Shown: positions 62,480-64,000 of the stretch, piece after piece
Position numbering within the stretch: position 1 is the stretch's first letter
How the letters are laid out: each line of letters starts with the position of its first letter
NCBI GenBank assembly: GCA_010909165.1
Contig: MU008183.1
Span: forward strand, 310,001 to 374,000
Length of the DNA: 64,000 nucleotides
Reading direction: 5' to 3'
Origin: Anthoceros angustus
Lineage: Eukaryota > Plantae > Anthocerotophyta
Position numbers and translations under genes: made by a program
The notes under the pieces: model-generated
The model's database searches: none
What the model was told of the DNA's origin: nothing
The model's input: the letters and a program-made list of their open reading frames with translations, nothing else

Positions 62480-63500
62480 TCACCCCGTTACGGGTTCTTC
62501 CTCCCTGTGGACGCGGCCTCTGACCATGGTTCTGAGCTTCTGCATCTGGGAGCTTCCCACCCTGACGTAGTAGAACCAGCTGAGGAACATGAACAAGACC
62601 ATGAGGATGAAGAGCATGCCGATGGCCGTGAAGACGATGAGGATGACAATGCTCTTGGCAGCGAAGGGGCTGCATTTCAGTGGCCCGGCAAAAACCTCCA
62701 CATAGAAGATGAGGGAGAAGACGAGCAGGATCATGCCTGCTATGAGGCCCATGGCAGACACCACCATGGCCACCCTGAAGATGAGTCTGCCGATTTCCTC
62801 CTTCACCTTGGGGACCCCGTCGGGTCTGTTGCTGTTGAGAGTCACCATGAGCTTGAGGCCGACGGCGAAGAGGGTGGAGAGGAGGAAACATCCGAAGGCC
62901 AACACTTCGAACATGAAGACGAGCTGGCTGGCGTTGGAGCTCACGGGGTGGCAGTTCGGGGACTCGATGCCCTGGGGGAGCTGTGGACTGATGGTGTTGC
63001 TGCCGATCCCTACGAACACGGCAACTGCGAAGAAGGAGTTGGCATTCACGATGGAGTCCAGAGCGGCAGTGTCCAGCTCCGTTTCTTCCTTCACGATCTC
63101 GTCTGCTGTCAGGGGATGCGCCTCCGGGTCGTCGGACTCCGTCCCCCGCTCGGTTGTGGATCTTGATTTCACTGCTTCGTCTTGGATGAACTTGCTTTGC
63201 TCCTCCTCCAAGAGCAGCGCATCGTAGCCGAGTGACTGGCAGCAAACGAACATCACAAAATTCAGTGGAATCGTCTTGCAACCGCACAATCGAGCGCTTT
63301 TTCCTTGTTGGAAGCAGGATGATTCAAGAAACAAACCTTCTGCTGCACTCCATGCACCATGCTCGCACCATCTCCCATGGCTGCAGTTCCCATGATCCGA
63401 TCCCGCAGGTAGGAACTCCGCAAATGCTCCACAGACTCCTTGTGAGAACCATGTCCGGTCGCAGGCCTTCTGCTAACGTGATGCTGCGGAGGACCTTCTG
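62480..63500 (-). CDS. MEE60-like plant four-TM membrane protein; 5' exons extend further upstream
   Basis: ALDSIVNANSFFAVAVFVG, FEVLAFGCFLLSTLFAVGLK, AMVVSAMG, GPLKC. Probable intron from 63335 to about 63240; true start not located. Confidence 0.65.
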
Positions 63501-64000
63501 CTCAGGCAAGGGAAGGTCAGAGCGTCTGCAATTGCTATTCCGCTCCTGGTAGGGTCACCTTTACAGCATGATTGATCGTCCGTGCTCCTTCCACTGTGTG
63601 CCACAGCGTTCATCAAAGACACGAAATCCAGTAGTTTAATTCAACAACCGGACACTGTACCAGCCACGCTCCAGCATCAAGGTGAGGGAAACATTTGTGC
63701 TTTCTCCTCCTCCCCTTCCGAGATGCACCTCCAGCCTTCCCGGACGCTTTCCATCCCTTTTGTTGTTATTTCCACTGCTGTCTGAGAACAGTGTAAAACA
63801 GCCGTCTGTTGCAGAGACGAGGCTCACATGCATCCTGGACCAGCATATCCCAATAGCTGGAATTCTCCGATGAGCCTCAAGCTGAGAGCCTTTCACCTTG
63901 TTCAGCGTCGCAAGGCTTCAGCTGGCAGACATGGAAGCTCCATGTGTTGGTGAATTCACATTAGCCAACGATGAATCATGAATCGTGAAGACGAGTCATG

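Overview
Gene-dense nuclear DNA from a seed-free land plant. It has short GT-AG introns, a centriole gene (CEP120-like) and a PLS-PPR pseudogene with a DYW:KP-type deaminase, a type known from hornworts, ferns and some lycophytes. A hornwort such as Anthoceros is my inference, not proven. Ordinary genes: CYP710 sterol C22-desaturase, a WD40 protein, NOG2/NUG2 GTPase, an F-box/SEL1 protein, PRMT6, NDUFA12, Dr1/NC2-beta and an MEE60-like membrane protein. Accessory content: (1) a papain-family protease whose prodomain is replaced by a 20-aa tandem repeat array; (2) several decayed copies and 3'-end fragments of CRE-type (restriction-like endonuclease) non-LTR retrotransposons in two subfamilies; (3) a Tad1/I-like APE LINE relic; (4) a chimeric His/Pro-rich secreted protein; (5) a repeatedly duplicated cassette made of a Skp1/ElonginC-like + ElonginA-like + LRR fusion gene and an orphan two-exon gene; (6) an intronless AGO1-clade Argonaute with an intact DEDH tetrad but a rewritten MID specificity loop. 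Several 1-bp frameshifts in GC-rich genes and one noisy 1.5-kb tandem duplication look like long-read assembly errors. I found no rRNA, tRNA or CRISPR array. All family assignments come from motif recognition by eye; no database searches were run.
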